Part shown: piece after piece, positions 33,683-34,104 of the stretch
Numbering within the stretch: position 1 is the stretch's first letter
Layout of the letters: each line of letters opens with the position of its first letter
Source of the DNA: Malacoraja senta
Taxonomy: Eukaryota
Assembly (NCBI GenBank): GCA_038087875.1
Contig: JAXLNO010000365.1
Location: 1 to 34,104 of the forward strand
Direction of reading: 5' to 3'
DNA: 34,104 bases
Program-made: the position numbers and the translations under genes
Notes under the pieces: model-generated
The model's database searches: none
The model's input: only the letters and a program-made list of their open reading frames with translations
Told to the model about the DNA's origin: nothing

Positions 33683-34104
33683 GTTGGATGATCAGCCATG
33701 ATCATATTGAATGGCGGTGCCGGCTCGAAGGGCCGAATGGCCTCCTCTTGCACCTATTTTCTATGTTTCTATGTTTCTATGTGTGTATGTGGCCATCAGC
33801 CTTGACACTTCTACCTGCAATTAAGTTTCACTATGTTACATAACTTGGATGAACATTTCCCTACAAAGAGGGTTTGGCAGTATTGCTTGCACTATTATTC
33901 ATATGTGACATTAAACTCAGTGCTCCTCTGGTTTCACAGATGTGTATATGAGACATTCATTGTTCCTTAACCAGACGTAGCATTGCAGCCAGAATCAACA
34001 TTTCAGCAACCTAGTTGTGGATCCCTATAGATACCAATGAAGCTACATCCCTAACATTTGTATTCATCCGTAGGAGATCATTTGGAACAGAAACTCCAAA
34101 ATTG

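Larger units (their letters stand above)
29634..33782 (+). mobile_element. Near full-length CR1 LINE (same family as copy A), defective; 5' boundary approximate
   Basis: 5'UTR, ORF1, ORF2 (EN plus RT), 3' stem-loop ggccgaatggcc and (ttctatgt)n tail. Confidence 0.93.

Overview
Eukaryotic, repeat-dominated genomic DNA, most likely from a cartilaginous fish (skate/ray-like). This is inferred from CR1 LINEs with an esterase ORF1 and (TTCTATGT)n tails, V-SINE-like SINEs with (TAAAC)n tails, and Penelope-type hammerhead repeats. No host gene is confidently identified. Bases 1-18245 form one four-layer nest of retroelements. An outer + strand CR1 was split by a - strand CR1 (B). CR1-B was split by a second - strand CR1 (A) and by a structurally complete + strand DIRS tyrosine-recombinase retrotransposon (11342-16109). 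CR1-A was in turn split by a decayed - strand DIRS (2492-6867) and a 5'-truncated + strand CR1. Both DIRS copies show inverted termini, an internal complementary region (ICR) spelling the circle junction, and integration at an ATT core. The right half holds a minimal hammerhead ribozyme in a Penelope-like repeat, several SINEs, Rex1-like LINE remnants, and weak candidate host exons. It also holds a 2.1-kb non-autonomous Helitron built from two promoter-like modules, each followed by its own minisatellite, and a near full-length CR1 (about 29.6-33.8 kb). All family assignments rest on motif recognition and internal comparisons; no database search was run.
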